From NCBI GenBank assembly GCA_013239625.1, contig MU053652.1, forward strand, positions 2,730,001 to 2,794,000: DNA of 64,000 nucleotides, in the 5' to 3' direction. The translations under genes were made by a program, and so were the position numbers. The stretch comes from Lama guanicoe (Eukaryota). This document shows, in pieces, positions 52,020 to 64,000 of the stretch (within the stretch, counting starts at the first letter, position 1; each line of letters starts with the position of its first letter). The notes under the pieces are model-generated. The model saw only the letters and a program-made list of their open reading frames with translations. It was not told the origin of the DNA and made no database searches.

Positions 52020-52520
52020 GTTCTCCCCGCCTCCCCACCTAAACCCCCTGCGCGCTCCCTTCCCAAGGCGACCACCTGCGCCGCCCCACTTACCATCTGC
52101 CCCGCGGGGAGGGCCCCCGGGGTAGCGGAGCCCTCCCTGCTCCCGGGCGGCTCTGGGGTAACTCGGTGTTTGCCTCCAGCCCTTCGCTACCGGAGAGATC
52201 AGGTTCCTCCCCTCCTCCCCCTCCAGCTCCGGCCGCCGCCGCCGCCTCCTTCTTGCATGACACAGCAGAACCGCAGCTGCTGCAGCAAGTCCCAATCATC
52301 CGCCCAGGAAGCGCCGCAACCGGGGCTCGGGAGGGGCGGAGGGAGAACCAAGCAGGGGCCACTGTCGAGGGGGATTCTTGCCCCCACTTTGCACCACACA
52401 CTCCTTTCCCAGCCCAGGGGCACCGGAACAAAATCAGGTTAAAGCCGACCAGGCCGAGCCCTGGAGGAATGCTGGGGTCTGGCGTCAGAAGGGATGGGAC
52501 CAGAGACAAGGGTGTTGGAG
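52020..52520. promoter_or_regulatory. Upstream CpG-rich promoter patch
   Basis: Abrupt GC/CpG enrichment, a (GCC)n run and GC boxes (ccccgcctcc, ccgcccc). Confidence 0.7.
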
Positions 52521-53479
52521 GAGACCCCAGTTGAGGCAGGACACTGCAGGTAAAGAAGGGGAAGAAGAGGCCGAGAAGTCGAGGGCCAGACTGTGAAGGA
52601 GAATAAAGGAGGTCAAAGAGAGGTAAGGAGGTTGAGTTGCTGAGACGGAGACCGAGCTGGGAAGGGGAGGAGGGGAAGGTGGAGTGGGAGGGAGTATTTG
52701 GGGAGGCCTGAGCTAAGAATTGGGAGGCAAGGACAGAAAGGGGGAAAGGAATGGAAGAATTACGTGTTAGATGGGAAGGTAAATATTGGGGGACATATTA
52801 AAGAATCAAAAGGGATGTAGTGGCGATCATGCATCATGGCTGATGAGGGAAACTGATGAGGTGGAAAGAGATACAGCCAAGGCAAAGCCAAAAGAAAGGA
52901 TGATCTTCCGTCCCACTCTTCAGCTTCCTGTGAAGTTTTTCATAATTCAGCCAATCCAACAGGGAGTTCTCTTTATAAATAGAAAAACATGAACTAAGAC
53001 ATAGAACGTTTAGCTTAGATTTACAGGATAAATTCCATGGTCCACACAAACTTTTAAGGCAGAGATTTGGATTTGGGGGGGGTGGGATTCAATAACACCA
53101 CTCAAAACTGATGTTACAGTTTCCACACATCACTAGACTTGACTGAGTCTTTCAAAGTGTTTGTTAAATGCTTCAGTGAAATGCTAGAAATGATGGCACA
53201 ATTAATGGTTCAAAATATAAAAAGGCACACACTTTTCACTTTTCATGCACAACGTATACATATATATGTAAATCTATATGTAATTTCTAGTGTCTAGCAC
53301 GTACACTGTGATTAAGGGGAAAATGTGTTTTTCTGATTATTTGATTTCCCATCAAACACAGACTATGCATTTTACAGCAGATCAGCTGCTTCTTACCATT
53401 TGAAAGAATGTGGTCAGAAAAGTAATGCAAAAACTGCCACTTTGGTTTTGTCTGTACCTTCCAGGTCATATCTTCGTAC

Positions 53480-53638
53480 CTCACTTCCTGACACAAACAA
53501 GTTTTTACTGTTGTCAGCAACAAAGCCCTAATATAGCTGCGGAAGAGAAAAACTGCATTGCATTTGCCTCCTGCAAGCATCATCAACACAGTTACCGGAG
53601 GAATGTAATTCCAGAAAAGCTTTAAAGCTGGTGTGATG
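53480..53638 (+). other. Putative alternative non-coding first exon A (start approximate)
   Basis: ETS motif cacttcctg near the start, repeat-free sequence, donor ATG|gtaatt. Confidence 0.45.
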
Positions 53639-53809
53639 GTAATTATGTATCAAATGCCTGATTCTATTTCTGTTATTATTGTTTTGTCATTTCTGATCTA
53701 CCCAAGAGCTGGCTGAACTCGCAGAGGGATAAATCCAGCTTTTCTTTTTGCCTTGGTAAAATTTAATCAGACCTGATAGAAAACTCATTGCTCTTGGGGA
53801 AAATAAAGT

Positions 53810-54203
53810 AGGAGCCACGAAATGTCATTTTAACAGAGCGTGGGTTTTGTGACTGTAGGAAAGGATTTAAGGACGCTCCTTCTGTTCGCTTTTCTATGTC
53901 ATGAGCAAAGGCTACACGCACGCACAGACGCCACATCTCCCGGATGCTGTGGCTCCCTTATCTGGGCTTCTGCAGCGCCAGAAGCCCCTCCGGGATGCTG
54001 CGAGGGGCTCTCGGTGGGTGGTGGTACGAACGCTGCGGCCGCCGCCGCCAGTCCTGCCGCTGCTGTTGTTGCTGCTGCAGTCACGTGGGAGCCCCTTTAA
54101 GTTTCCATAGAGAGGCCTCTCCGGTGTCACATGATGGACATGATATAATGAAACAACATTGTGGAGAGGAAAGCATTAGGGGAGCCCACGGCTACAAAAA
54201 CAA
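53810..54203 (+). other. Putative 5'UTR first exon B (start approximate)
   Basis: GCC/GCT-rich UTR-like sequence with uORFs, donor CAA|gtgagt. Confidence 0.6.
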
Positions 54204-54249
54204 GTGAGTGAGAAGAGGTGGGAGGAAGAGAAACTACGCCACCTCCCCT

Positions 54250-54548
54250 GCAGCCGAGCCGCACGCAGCAGCAGCCCGCGGGAAGTGGGCGACGCCGGGG
54301 GGAAGGGAGACCGGGTCCCCAGCCCCAGCCGGGGGACCCCGCCGCCCACTGCCGAGAGAACAACTTTTAGCCGGCAGCCTCGGCCAGCCCTGCACCTGTC
54401 TCCGAAGCCTCCATCGCTCCTCGTGATGATCAAAGGGAAATTCTAGAAGAAATGCTCTACAAATATACATGCGCATCATTTTCCCCCTTGCGTCTCGCTC
54501 TGGAGGAAGAGAAAGGGATTTAAGCAGCAGCTTGTGTTCAGCCCCAAG
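54250..54548 (+). other. Putative alternative first exon C (start approximate)
   Basis: Consensus donor AAG|gtaagt inside the CpG island. Confidence 0.5.
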
Positions 54549-56399
54549 GTAAGTTCTGGAGGGTGGGGAAAGCCGCCCCAGCAGGACTTTGGGATGGGAA
54601 TTTTGTACTCCGTTTGGACCTCTCGAGGTGAACGAGGCGTCCCCTCCCTGCTGGCGAGGCGGAGGGCTCGATGGTCCAGCAGAAACATTTCCACTGTGGA
54701 CTCTTGTTATTTCCTCTTTCGCACGCCCTGCGGTCCCACCCTGGGACTCCCCGGGGCCCCTCGCCTCCCCCCGGAAGGGGCCGCTGGTCCCGGCCGGGAT
54801 GTTCGCGAGCCTGGCGAGGAAAGGTAGGGGTTGTGGCGTTACCCGGGAATGCCGAGGCGATTTCGCCATGTTTGTGTTGCTAAGAGCACTTTTTTCCCCT
54901 TTGAGGTGGCTTGATGCCACATGGCTCCTCCGGAGCTGCTGCCGGGTTGAGAGTGTGTATTTTTTTTTTCAATGTCCGCATTCCAGCTAATGTTGCGCAG
55001 ATAAAATTCAAACTTGAGGTAAACAGAAGAGGAGGAGGAGGAGGAGGAGGGGAGGGAGGGAGAGGGGGGGAGACTGTTTCCATTTCGAGATCCCACCTCT
55101 TCACTCCGCGGAGAGTAACATCCCAAACCTCGAGAGCACTCGCTCCTTTCTCCCACCTACCCCACCTTTGCTGTCGACCAGAAATAAGGCGGTGGGGTAG
55201 GGGAGGTGCTCATAGAGGGCACGGCGTCTGGGTTTTAAAGGAAAAACAGCCCCTGGCACCTAGGCCTTTGGCTACCTCCCCTGTTCCGCCAGGAGGGACG
55301 GAGGATGCCCGTGCTGTGTTCTGGAGCTAGGGAGCTGGAGGACCGCGCTCCCGGGCGGGGCCGGAGGTGCGTGTCCCCCTCTCACTCCCTTTTACTTTAA
55401 GGAACCGAATGGCACCGTTCCCACCCTACCCCAGGCGCAGGTTCCAGAAGGTGGGCTGGGTGGGTCTCCAGGTTTCCAGAGGGCAGGTTGCGTAGCAGGT
55501 GTGTGGTGGGCATTTCTGTTTTCTAAGTCTTGCATGTGGTGGGACGACGTGGGGAGTCTTACAGCGAGTGGATGGGCAGAGCTGCGTCTTTTTTGTTGTT
55601 TTGTTTTGGATTAGGGAGAAAAGTCAAGACTCTCCCTTCCCCCCTCCCGCGCACCCTCCGTTTTAAATATCTGATTCAGCTCGAAGCTAGGCTGAAGGGT
55701 GAGTGGGGATGTTTAAGGGTAAGGGAAACTAAGCTTCTGACAGCTTGTGGCCACCCCCCTGCCGGGGCGGAGGATGTGGGGTAGGGGGTCCGAGAGAGGT
55801 GACGTTCCACTCGGTGGGAGCAGCTCCAGGTCCCGAAGTGCGCAAGGGTCCCTGGCCGTGTCGCCTGGGCCGGGAGAAGGAGGCGGCCACGTGAGGAGGG
55901 TCTGCGGAAGCGCTGGAGCCGAGAGATGGGGTTGAAGTGCGTAGCGGAGTCGTGGCGGGGGCTGACACGCAGCAGCCGTGGGCGGCGGGCAGAGGAAGAG
56001 CGGAGACTCCCGCGGGCTCGACCCCAGGGCCGTGGCGACGATTTTATTCCGAGCGGCGACTGGAGCCTCCCACGCAGGGCCGGCGTCCCGGCCGCGGGTG
56101 GGTGCGCACGCCCGGGCCCTTTCCCGGGAGACTTTCCGGGCGGGGTCCCGGGCCCAGAGCGAGGGCTGTAAACAGGGTGGTGCCCTCTGCCCTCCCGGCC
56201 TCGGCTGGCCCGGACGTTTGGTCGCCGGCGCCCGGGGCGGCAGAGGCGCGGCCGCGGCGCTGGGCAGTGGCCGCGGGGGCGCGCGCGCTCCCCTCTGCCC
56301 CCGCGCGCCCCCGCCGCCGCCGGGCCAGCCAGCCCTCTCTGTTTTTGTTTTGATGGAACCCGCGTGCAGCTGGCGCGTGTCGAGTCACGTGCCGTGGGC

Positions 56400-56570
56400 G
56401 GGAGGGGGCTGGGGCGCGGGAGGCGAGGGCGCGGTGACGCACGCGTCCGGAGGGCCGGGCGCCCGAGGGGGCTGCCACCCCAGGGGCGCGGGAGCGTGTG
56501 CCCCAGACAGATCCCGATCGCGCCGGATGTCAAGGCCGCGTCTGGTGGGGTTCGTGGGAGTTGATCCTCG
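56400..56570 (+). other. Putative alternative first exon D (start approximate)
   Basis: Donor TCG|gtgagc at the 3' edge of the island. An ATG at 56527 reads MSRPRLVGFVGVDP open to the donor. Confidence 0.4.
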
Positions 56571-58822
56571 GTGAGCACTATACGGACGTGGGTGTAAATC
56601 CCACGGCACTTTGAGTTGGTCGTCACAGCATGTAGGCGAGCCTAGCCCATCCGGGCAGTGGGGAGGGGGCGGGGGGCGGGCCGGCTTGGGCCGGTTCGGT
56701 TAGAAATCGAACAGACTTTGTCGGCCTATCTTATCTGTGGGCATATAGAGACCTATATATGTGGTTCTTAATTTTGGCTGCATGTTATAAGCAACGTCCG
56801 ATGCCCGGCCCAACTCCAGACCAATTGAACACAAATTCAAATAGGGCCTGAACATAGTGTATTTTTAAAAGACTTCCCTAAGTATTTTTGATGTACGGCG
56901 AGGAATAAGAGTTTATAGAGGTAACCAGCTTGCTGGAATAATTGTGAAACCATCCATCTTTAGGTACGGAATAGCTGAAATGTCACTAGACAGGGTCAGT
57001 ATGTGCTGGCTTTGTGGTTACACAGACATGGAAATACTGGATGAAATATTGTTAACCCCCTACCCCCCATTTTACAATTGGCAAAATTGAAGCTCAGGAG
57101 GTTGAGTAAGAGTTGGTCAGTGACAATCCTAAGTAGTACCCAGGGAGACTGACTCCAGAACCCGTTCTTTCAATCATTATGTATGCTGTGTTGGAAATCT
57201 GCCTTTACCTAAGGGCCAACACGTATTTGTGCCAATAGGAATAGTTTGTGTTTGCCTAAGGACCAGCCAGTTTATACATATGTATTTATATATGTTTTCT
57301 TTATTTGGAGACTTTTGTTTATATCAAAGGGAGGAGAATCACTTGACGAATTCTCTAAGGCCTACTTACATTTTCAAGAAGTTTACTGTGAAGAGAAGAG
57401 AGAGGATCCCAGTAATTTGAAGTGAGCTTATTCCATGGAAGTTTTTGTTTTTGTTTTGAGACTTGAACATATGTGTTAAGTGAAGGGAAGAGTCCAGAAG
57501 ATGCACAGCGACAGAAGTCCTTAAGGTTGCTGGACATTATATAATTTGGGGGGGTCATAGGCTAGGTGTAACAGAAAGTGCGAGGCAATATACAGAGTAG
57601 CAGAAGTTCTACCATGAAAATGTAGGAGAAAAAAAACTACTGTGGTCTGAAGTACAGAAGCCTTGCTTCTGCAACCCCCTTCTTCCTTTGATTTATTTCA
57701 TCTGCCTCTCCTTCAGACAAACTCTTAGTGGGAATATTTAGATATAGGGATAATCCATTTATTTTGAAAATGTAATCATTGATGTATTCGCTAAAGATAT
57801 ACCAAGTAAAACTCACAGGCAACTGAAGTTTTTTCCCTGAAAACAAAGGATTCCAATTACAATGTTTTCGTGACCAGTGCTTATTATTAAATGGTATTGT
57901 GTCACAAAGAAATGTTTTTGTATTCCTGCTAATGATTGCTATCTAATATTGCTATGGCAGATGTAGGCAAATTACTTACCAAGTTTTTGAGATTGTTTTT
58001 CCTGTTGCTTACAGCTTTAGTGACGAAAGCTTATAGATCTATGAGGGCAAGGCTGACATAAGCTCTCTAGCCCCATCTCCTTCCCTCCACTGTCACCTGT
58101 TGACCAGCAAAGATACTTCAATCCAGCATTGCCAAACCACTTGTGGTTCCTTTGCACAGCTCTCTGCCTTCTCCTACGGTACCTTTTTCAGGAAATTTCT
58201 CTTGATTTCTCCTCGGAAGACGTTTAAAATGTCCTACGTCACCTCTACGCCTTGTACGTACTTGTCTTCACTGCATTTTTCACAGCGTACATTGTTTTTC
58301 TTTATACGTTGGATGTCGCTACTAAATTGAGCTCATAAGAGGTGGGAATGGTGATTGTTTATTTGTGTATCACTGGCACGCAGTAGGCGCTTAAGTTTAT
58401 TGTGTTGGTCTAAACTGAATTTGAGTTGCATTATTTGTGTTGATCACTCATCTTCGTTCTTAACTGTCCTCCCCTCTGCTGCTAGCTACTAGGCTAAAAG
58501 CACACATCCTTGCACAGAGAATACAGGGTACTACTAGCACTACTTTAGTACTAGTAAAAGAAATAGGAAGGAAGGGACAAAACGTAATCAGTCTCTCACT
58601 TGTTTCCCAATTTCATTCTCAATTGGCCAATTGGACAGTGTTTATTTTCTTGGTTACTCATGTATGCTGGGAGAGATGCTCAGCATTATCATTTTTCAAC
58701 TTACTTAAGAAGGAAGGAGTGGACCGATGAACATACTTTTTATGTGTAGTAGCAGAGTACAGATGCATCATCATGTTTCTTTATGCTGTAATTTTCAGAT
58801 TTAGTATTGCAGAGATATTTGT

Positions 58823-59027
58823 AGAGCAGCACCGTCCCATAGAGCTTTCTGGGAGGAGAGAAATGATTTATAATATATTTATAATGACTTATGAGTGATA
58901 GCCACTGGCCACTTGAGGCTAGTAAGCCCTTTGAATGTGGCTAGTGTGACATAGGAACTGAACTTCTAAATGATTTAAATGTAAATAGTGACGAGTGGCT
59001 GTTGGCCACTGTGCTGGACAGCACAGT
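58823..59027. mobile_element. MER3-like DNA transposon
   Basis: gcagcaccgtcccatagagctttctg...tagccactggccac...gctggacagcacag; the element is palindromic. Confidence 0.75.
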
Positions 59028-60916
59028 TATAGAGGATTTGCTTATGTTTAAGTCTAGTATTTGATAGGTAAACATTAGATTCTGCCTTTAAAGGAAAAAA
59101 TCTTGATTCATTTTCCTGGGGCTTACCACTACACTTCCTGTTCATAGGCTATAAGGTGTTTACAGGCTGATATTTTTGATCTGTGTGAGGCCTTTATATT
59201 GTAGAGCATCTGTCTGTGTGTTCTGTGAGCTTTTCATGTAGTTCATGTGGTCTCCCACTTTAAGGAGCAGAGTGGAGTGATTATGAGTAATTACGACTTT
59301 GAGTAATTATTTTAAAAATCAAATGGATTTGATCCCTTGGTGCATAAACTAATTGGAAGCCCCACGAGCTTAATCAATACTTCTCTAAGATGTATTGTGA
59401 AGAGCAGGCGCTGTGTTCGTCTTGTGAGCCATAGTATCCCTAGTGTCCTCGTATGGTACCTGGCACATAGCAAGTGCTCAGAAATATTTGTCATGTGAAT
59501 GCTGAAATAATTTAACCCCTCTAATTCAGTTTCAGAGGGTGTGTTGTGGACCTGAAGAGAAAGGCCAAGGGTCAGTAACTACACTGAATTTACAGTTCTT
59601 CTGAGGAATGCAATCTCTCTGCATTATCCTTAACTCCGTGAGTTTGATTTCTTTCCTGTAAGATACGTAGCAGGAATTACTACTCTTATTTGGTGACAGA
59701 TTGAAAAATAAAGTCACAAGAAGATTTGGTGGTCGGGTCATACACAAGAGGTTGGAAGTGTAAACCATATTGAAGTCGTTTCTGTTGCTTTGTGCACTTG
59801 TCTGATTCTCCTTCAGAGAAATAAAGGCATGCACTGAACTCTTTTAGTTAGAAAATTCAGCTTGCAAAATCGAAGGTAATTATGTATGTTAATAGAGTCT
59901 GAAAAGAGCACTGAAAATATCTCTCATATGGCATGACATTGAGAAAACAGCTTCTATAGGAGAAACAGGAATGGAAACGTTTATTTCTTAAACCTCTAAA
60001 TCTCAGGCTGTGGTAATCCTAACACCCAAGTGATAAACTTCTCGAAGAGGATATTTTAAAATGTAAATAGAAACAGATGTTTAGTCGTGCAGATAACCAC
60101 TGCTAGCCTTTGAAATATTTATATGAAAAGGTAGGAGATACATCAAACATCTGTTTAGAACCTGAGCCCGAAGGCTGAAAATTGTAGATTGCATTTCACA
60201 TGGGGGATCCTGTATGGGTGGGTTGATGACGCAGCCCCATATGTGGTCTGGTACTTGCAGGAGATGATGCAGACTCTCCTCTCAGTGCTGTGCGTCAGAC
60301 TTACCTAGTCTGTGGTGGTATGTGTGGCTGGATTATAGGTTTGTCCTCATTCCTAGGACACAGGCTAACTTCCTGTCTTTCTGCCACGATGTGTTCCAGA
60401 AATGAAAACGAATTTTAAACTAGAGTAAGTAAAACATAATTGAAAGTATAAATCTGTTGTCTTTAAAAAAAAATCATATGATAGATTCCAAGATAAACTG
60501 TGAAGGTTTATTTTAGGGGGAGGAGTGGCTGTTACTTTCTTTTTTAGCAGTTTCTGGCCTCTTAGTCTTATGATCGCTTTCCAAATCCCTTTGCTGCGAA
60601 CCTCTTTGGTGGTGGTGGTGGTGGTGAGCAGCCCCAAAACCAAAAACAAACTATCAGCCGTGTGTCCCATAAACTCCTGCTGTTGCCCTCAAAACCGAAC
60701 CAAAGACAATCATTACAAGACAAAACCAACCCTGCTGTCAGCAACAGAAGTTAACCCACCAGCCCACCCAGCCGAATAAGAAAGCCTATGAGATTTGAGT
60801 TGTTGCTTTTGTGGAGAGGTCAGTAATGTGAAGTCTTTTTTTAGGCACTAAATGTGAATTACTCGTAACAGAAAAATTTTACCTGCCTGTCTAACTATAT
60901 TTATTGTGCAGTAGAT

Positions 60917-61090
60917 CAGGATGTCATCAACCTAGAAGATCCTTGAAGGCTTGTTAAAACCCAGATTGCTGGACCCCACCCCACAGTTTCTGACTCCATA
61001 CGTCTAGAGTGGGCCTAATAATCTGCATTTCTTGCAAGTTTCTAGGCAATGCTGACGTTGCTGGTCAGAGACTACATTTTGAGAACCATC
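60917..61090. mobile_element. MER5A DNA transposon
   Basis: cttgttaaaacccagattgctggaccccaccc...tctgcatttc...tttgagaacca. Confidence 0.8.
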
Positions 61091-64000
61091 GGATTTCATC
61101 ATCTGAAGTTCTATAATTCTGTGCCTGTTTTCCTCCTCTTTTAAAGTTGCAGCACCTGTCCTTTGATTTCTGCAACATTATTTCATTTAAAGATTGCTCT
61201 ATGGCAAACTGAGGTTTAAAGGTTAAAATGGATTGGATTAATTTTGAGAATTTCTTCAGAATTCCGTATATTTTGCAAAAAGTTTGAGTCTGTTAAAACT
61301 CAGATTGAAATTCTTACCCAGTGGTAGAAGTCTCCAGGTAAAATATATTGAAGTATTTCTGATGTTATTAAATGACAAAACTGTCTGCTGCTTCCTAAAC
61401 CTGAATGTTGTATAAAATCTAAGTGCCTTTTAATACAGCTACAGGGTGTGATGCAGCACATTAGATAATTGTGAGCTCACTAAATAAATGGTTTTTATGA
61501 GACATAGTTCTTTTCCTTGTTAAAACTGGTCTGTGGGTCCATAGTGGGTTCTGATAGTGTTGACCCGGGTGTCGTCCTCTGAAGATAACTGCCTCAAAGA
61601 AGACTCCTGGTTGCAGGAATGAGATGCCCATCAGGAGAGGAAGAGTAAGCTAGGGCAGGGCCATTCCCTATGTTGAGGACTTTGGGAAGCAGTGGAGGCT
61701 CTGCACTTCATAAATGAAGAGGCTCTGGGGCTGAAATCTGGTAGGAAGGCAATGGAGATACCAGGAGGCATCTTAAAGCAGCCCTTGCAGAGCAAGCACA
61801 CTGTTCTTACCCAGAGTGAATGTTTACTTTGCCAGGTCGGTGCCAGGAGTTGGGGAGAGGACTCAGGGAGGGGTTCATGGAGATGCCAAGGTCTTCTAAC
61901 AGGTGGTGTTCTGGAAGCATTCCACATTAAACTTGACTCCCAGGTGCCAAGAGTGAGATGGACTCAAGGTTAAGGTGGGTTGAAGTGAGGTTTGACAGCA
62001 CATTTTAATATGAGTGAATTCTTTGGATAAGAAAGAATAGTAAGATTTTGGGGGAAAATATAATCTTATCTGAAAACAAGGAAATAAAAAGAGAAATGGG
62101 TGAGGAGTAAGGAATGGGACAGTAAAAATTAAAGATTGTAAGTATTTAATGGTCTAAAATGTTTTGTGGTTATGGCAAGATTAGTTAATAGTCCAGGCTT
62201 CTTTTGTTTGAAAATAAATTAATTAATGAATTTTCCTTTTCATTTCCAGTGAATCCTTCAAATCATCATCTTATGCTATTATTTGACTTACATCAAATGC
62301 CTTTCCAAAGTTATGCCCAGAACTCATGCAGTGCTTACATTTTTAGATTGCTTTATGATCGTTAACTAGTTTAAATCAAATTCCTGGAAGGCACGCTCAA
62401 TGCTTATTACTGGATGTGTTTTATGGATTAGGAAACAAATCATTTGTGTAGCACAGGCCGCAAACCTGGGCTGAAGCCAAAAAAATCTCCCTGCTTTTCA
62501 CATCTACTGGTTTTAATTTTATCTTGAAATTCTCCGTTTTCTAACTTCTTTTATAAAATGGTTGAACCTTAAATCCTAGGGTTGATTTAGCATCCGTATA
62601 ATTGATTTTAGACTATATTTCATGGATATAGCCTTAGATTTTGATCCACTGTTGATTTCTTTGAAAAAAAGAACTACATGTGATTTGCTACTCAGATCTG
62701 CAGTCACTTCTTGACTCAAATATCTGTGACATAATCTTCGTAACTAAATCTGTGAAACTGTTTTGAATTCTTTAGACTTGACAATTTGAGGCTGGGGTTG
62801 GCAGTCTGGATGACAGGAGTGCTGGGGAAGGCCCATGGGCCAGTTTTCACTGAGCAGCTGGAGGGAAGGAGGTGCTGCTGTGTGATCCCCTCCCTCCGTC
62901 TTAGAGTTTGTCACCCCACCCCCCACCCCCAGTAACTTTAAAAAGCTTCCTGTGCTTTTGGGAGTTAAGGTACTTATATTTTTCTTTTGTTTAATCACAC
63001 TGGCACTTAGTAATATCTGTCTCTGTCTTTGCCCTCCTGACTTCCAGCTTGTGACGTTTCTGTTTCTCTGACAGCTAGGCGGCTGGCTTCTGATTGGCCA
63101 AAGCTCCCTCTGGATGTCCTTTACAGTCCTACCTCCACATTCTTCTTCCTTTTCCTGCTAGTTCTCTTTCTGTGCTATGGCTAATCTTACTTAGTTTGGT
63201 GGAAGGAATATTGAGGTAGAGTAATGTTAATATCTCTGCTAACGATTGATGGGTACCTGCCTCTTTGCATGCTGTGCTGGGGACTCTATTTTTTTTCACT
63301 GGGTTTTAGTTCCCACTCGCTGTAGAACTGTGGGAGGGTCTCCAAGTCTGCGCTGTAGGCTGCTCGTCTGTAAAATGAGGGTTTGGAGTAAGGTGTTTCT
63401 GGCTCTAATTTCGTGCTGCAATTGCGTTTATTCACATTGTGGTACGGTTGGAAATCCTCACAGGAGTGCTTTAGCTTTTTGAAAGATACGTGAATTAAGA
63501 CTGGTCTCAGTTTAGGGGTGTTGCTTCTGAGTCCCAGGATCGGGGGACCCAGGACTCCTTGGATCAGACTGTCTGCAGTATGTCTGGCCCTTTTTTCCCT
63601 CCAGGAGTTAGGGATGGGTGTCAGGTGCACCCTTCTCCGCCCGTGCGTGTTATCTACATCAGAAGCCTCGAGAACTAATTGAACCTGAACACTCCGCTCT
63701 GAACACCCCACACCTCAGTTTGGAAGTTTCTGCCGCTTCTCATCTCCGTGATAGAGGCACAGGGTGGTATTTAGACCACTAGGGGAGTTTCTGGGAACCT
63801 GCTTAATACTTCTATTAATTCTTGAACAACTCATTAAAAAGTTCTATTCCAGATCTTTCTCTTGCAAAATTGTACATAGTCTGTGACCTTGCGTGCTTGT
63901 TTCCTATTTCCAGGGGAATTTTTGTTAGTGCTGAGTCTTTTTGTAATGTTCACAGCTACGCCAAGCTACTTATCTGTTTGTTGTCAAGGCCATTGACAAC

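Larger units (their letters stand above)
53900..56720. promoter_or_regulatory. CpG island promoter of a plus-strand gene (tentatively SPATS2L-like from recall of the UTR sequence; unverified)
   Basis: Dense CpG, Sp1 GC boxes, gtcacgtg E-boxes (about 54080 and 56384) and several plus-strand donors, followed by AT-richer intronic DNA. Confidence 0.85.

Noticed and set aside
54234..56626. Long ORFs (228, 316 and 198 aa) in the CpG island
   Set aside because: They are Arg/Pro/Gly/Ala-rich, overlap on both strands and show no domain pattern, as expected from stop-codon depletion in GC-rich DNA.
57000..64000. Coding exons of the plus-strand gene
   Set aside because: I found no convincing acceptor-ORF-donor unit; the region looks like intron 1 with MIR, L2 and MER fragments.

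Overview
Mammalian genomic DNA, very probably a camelid: it carries tRNA-derived SINEs of the Vic-1 type and a young artiodactyl-type L1. There is no intact protein-coding exon, and nearly all ORF-track entries are chance ORFs or repeat-derived. From left to right: (1) About 0.6-16.3 kb on the minus strand holds a previously unlabelled, decayed multi-exon gene. I reconstructed about 11 exon remnants bounded by AG/GT sites, several with matching intron phases. They would encode a signal peptide, an N-glycosylation-rich region, an Ig-like domain, a ZPBP-like/Cys-rich region, a transmembrane segment and a cytoplasmic tail, with stops or frameshifts in every exon (candidate unitary pseudogene). 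One of its introns holds a U6 snRNA/L1 chimeric retrocopy. (2) About 17-50 kb is repeat-rich intergenic DNA (L1, L2, CR1/L3, MIR, MLT1, MER) with a 5'-truncated processed GMPS pseudogene at about 36.0-36.4 kb. (3) About 52-56.7 kb is a CpG-island promoter with several alternative plus-strand non-coding first exons, uORFs and a divergent minus-strand splice donor, followed by intron 1. The host gene tentatively resembles SPATS2L from memory, which is not verified. Repeat subfamily names and boundaries are by eye and approximate.
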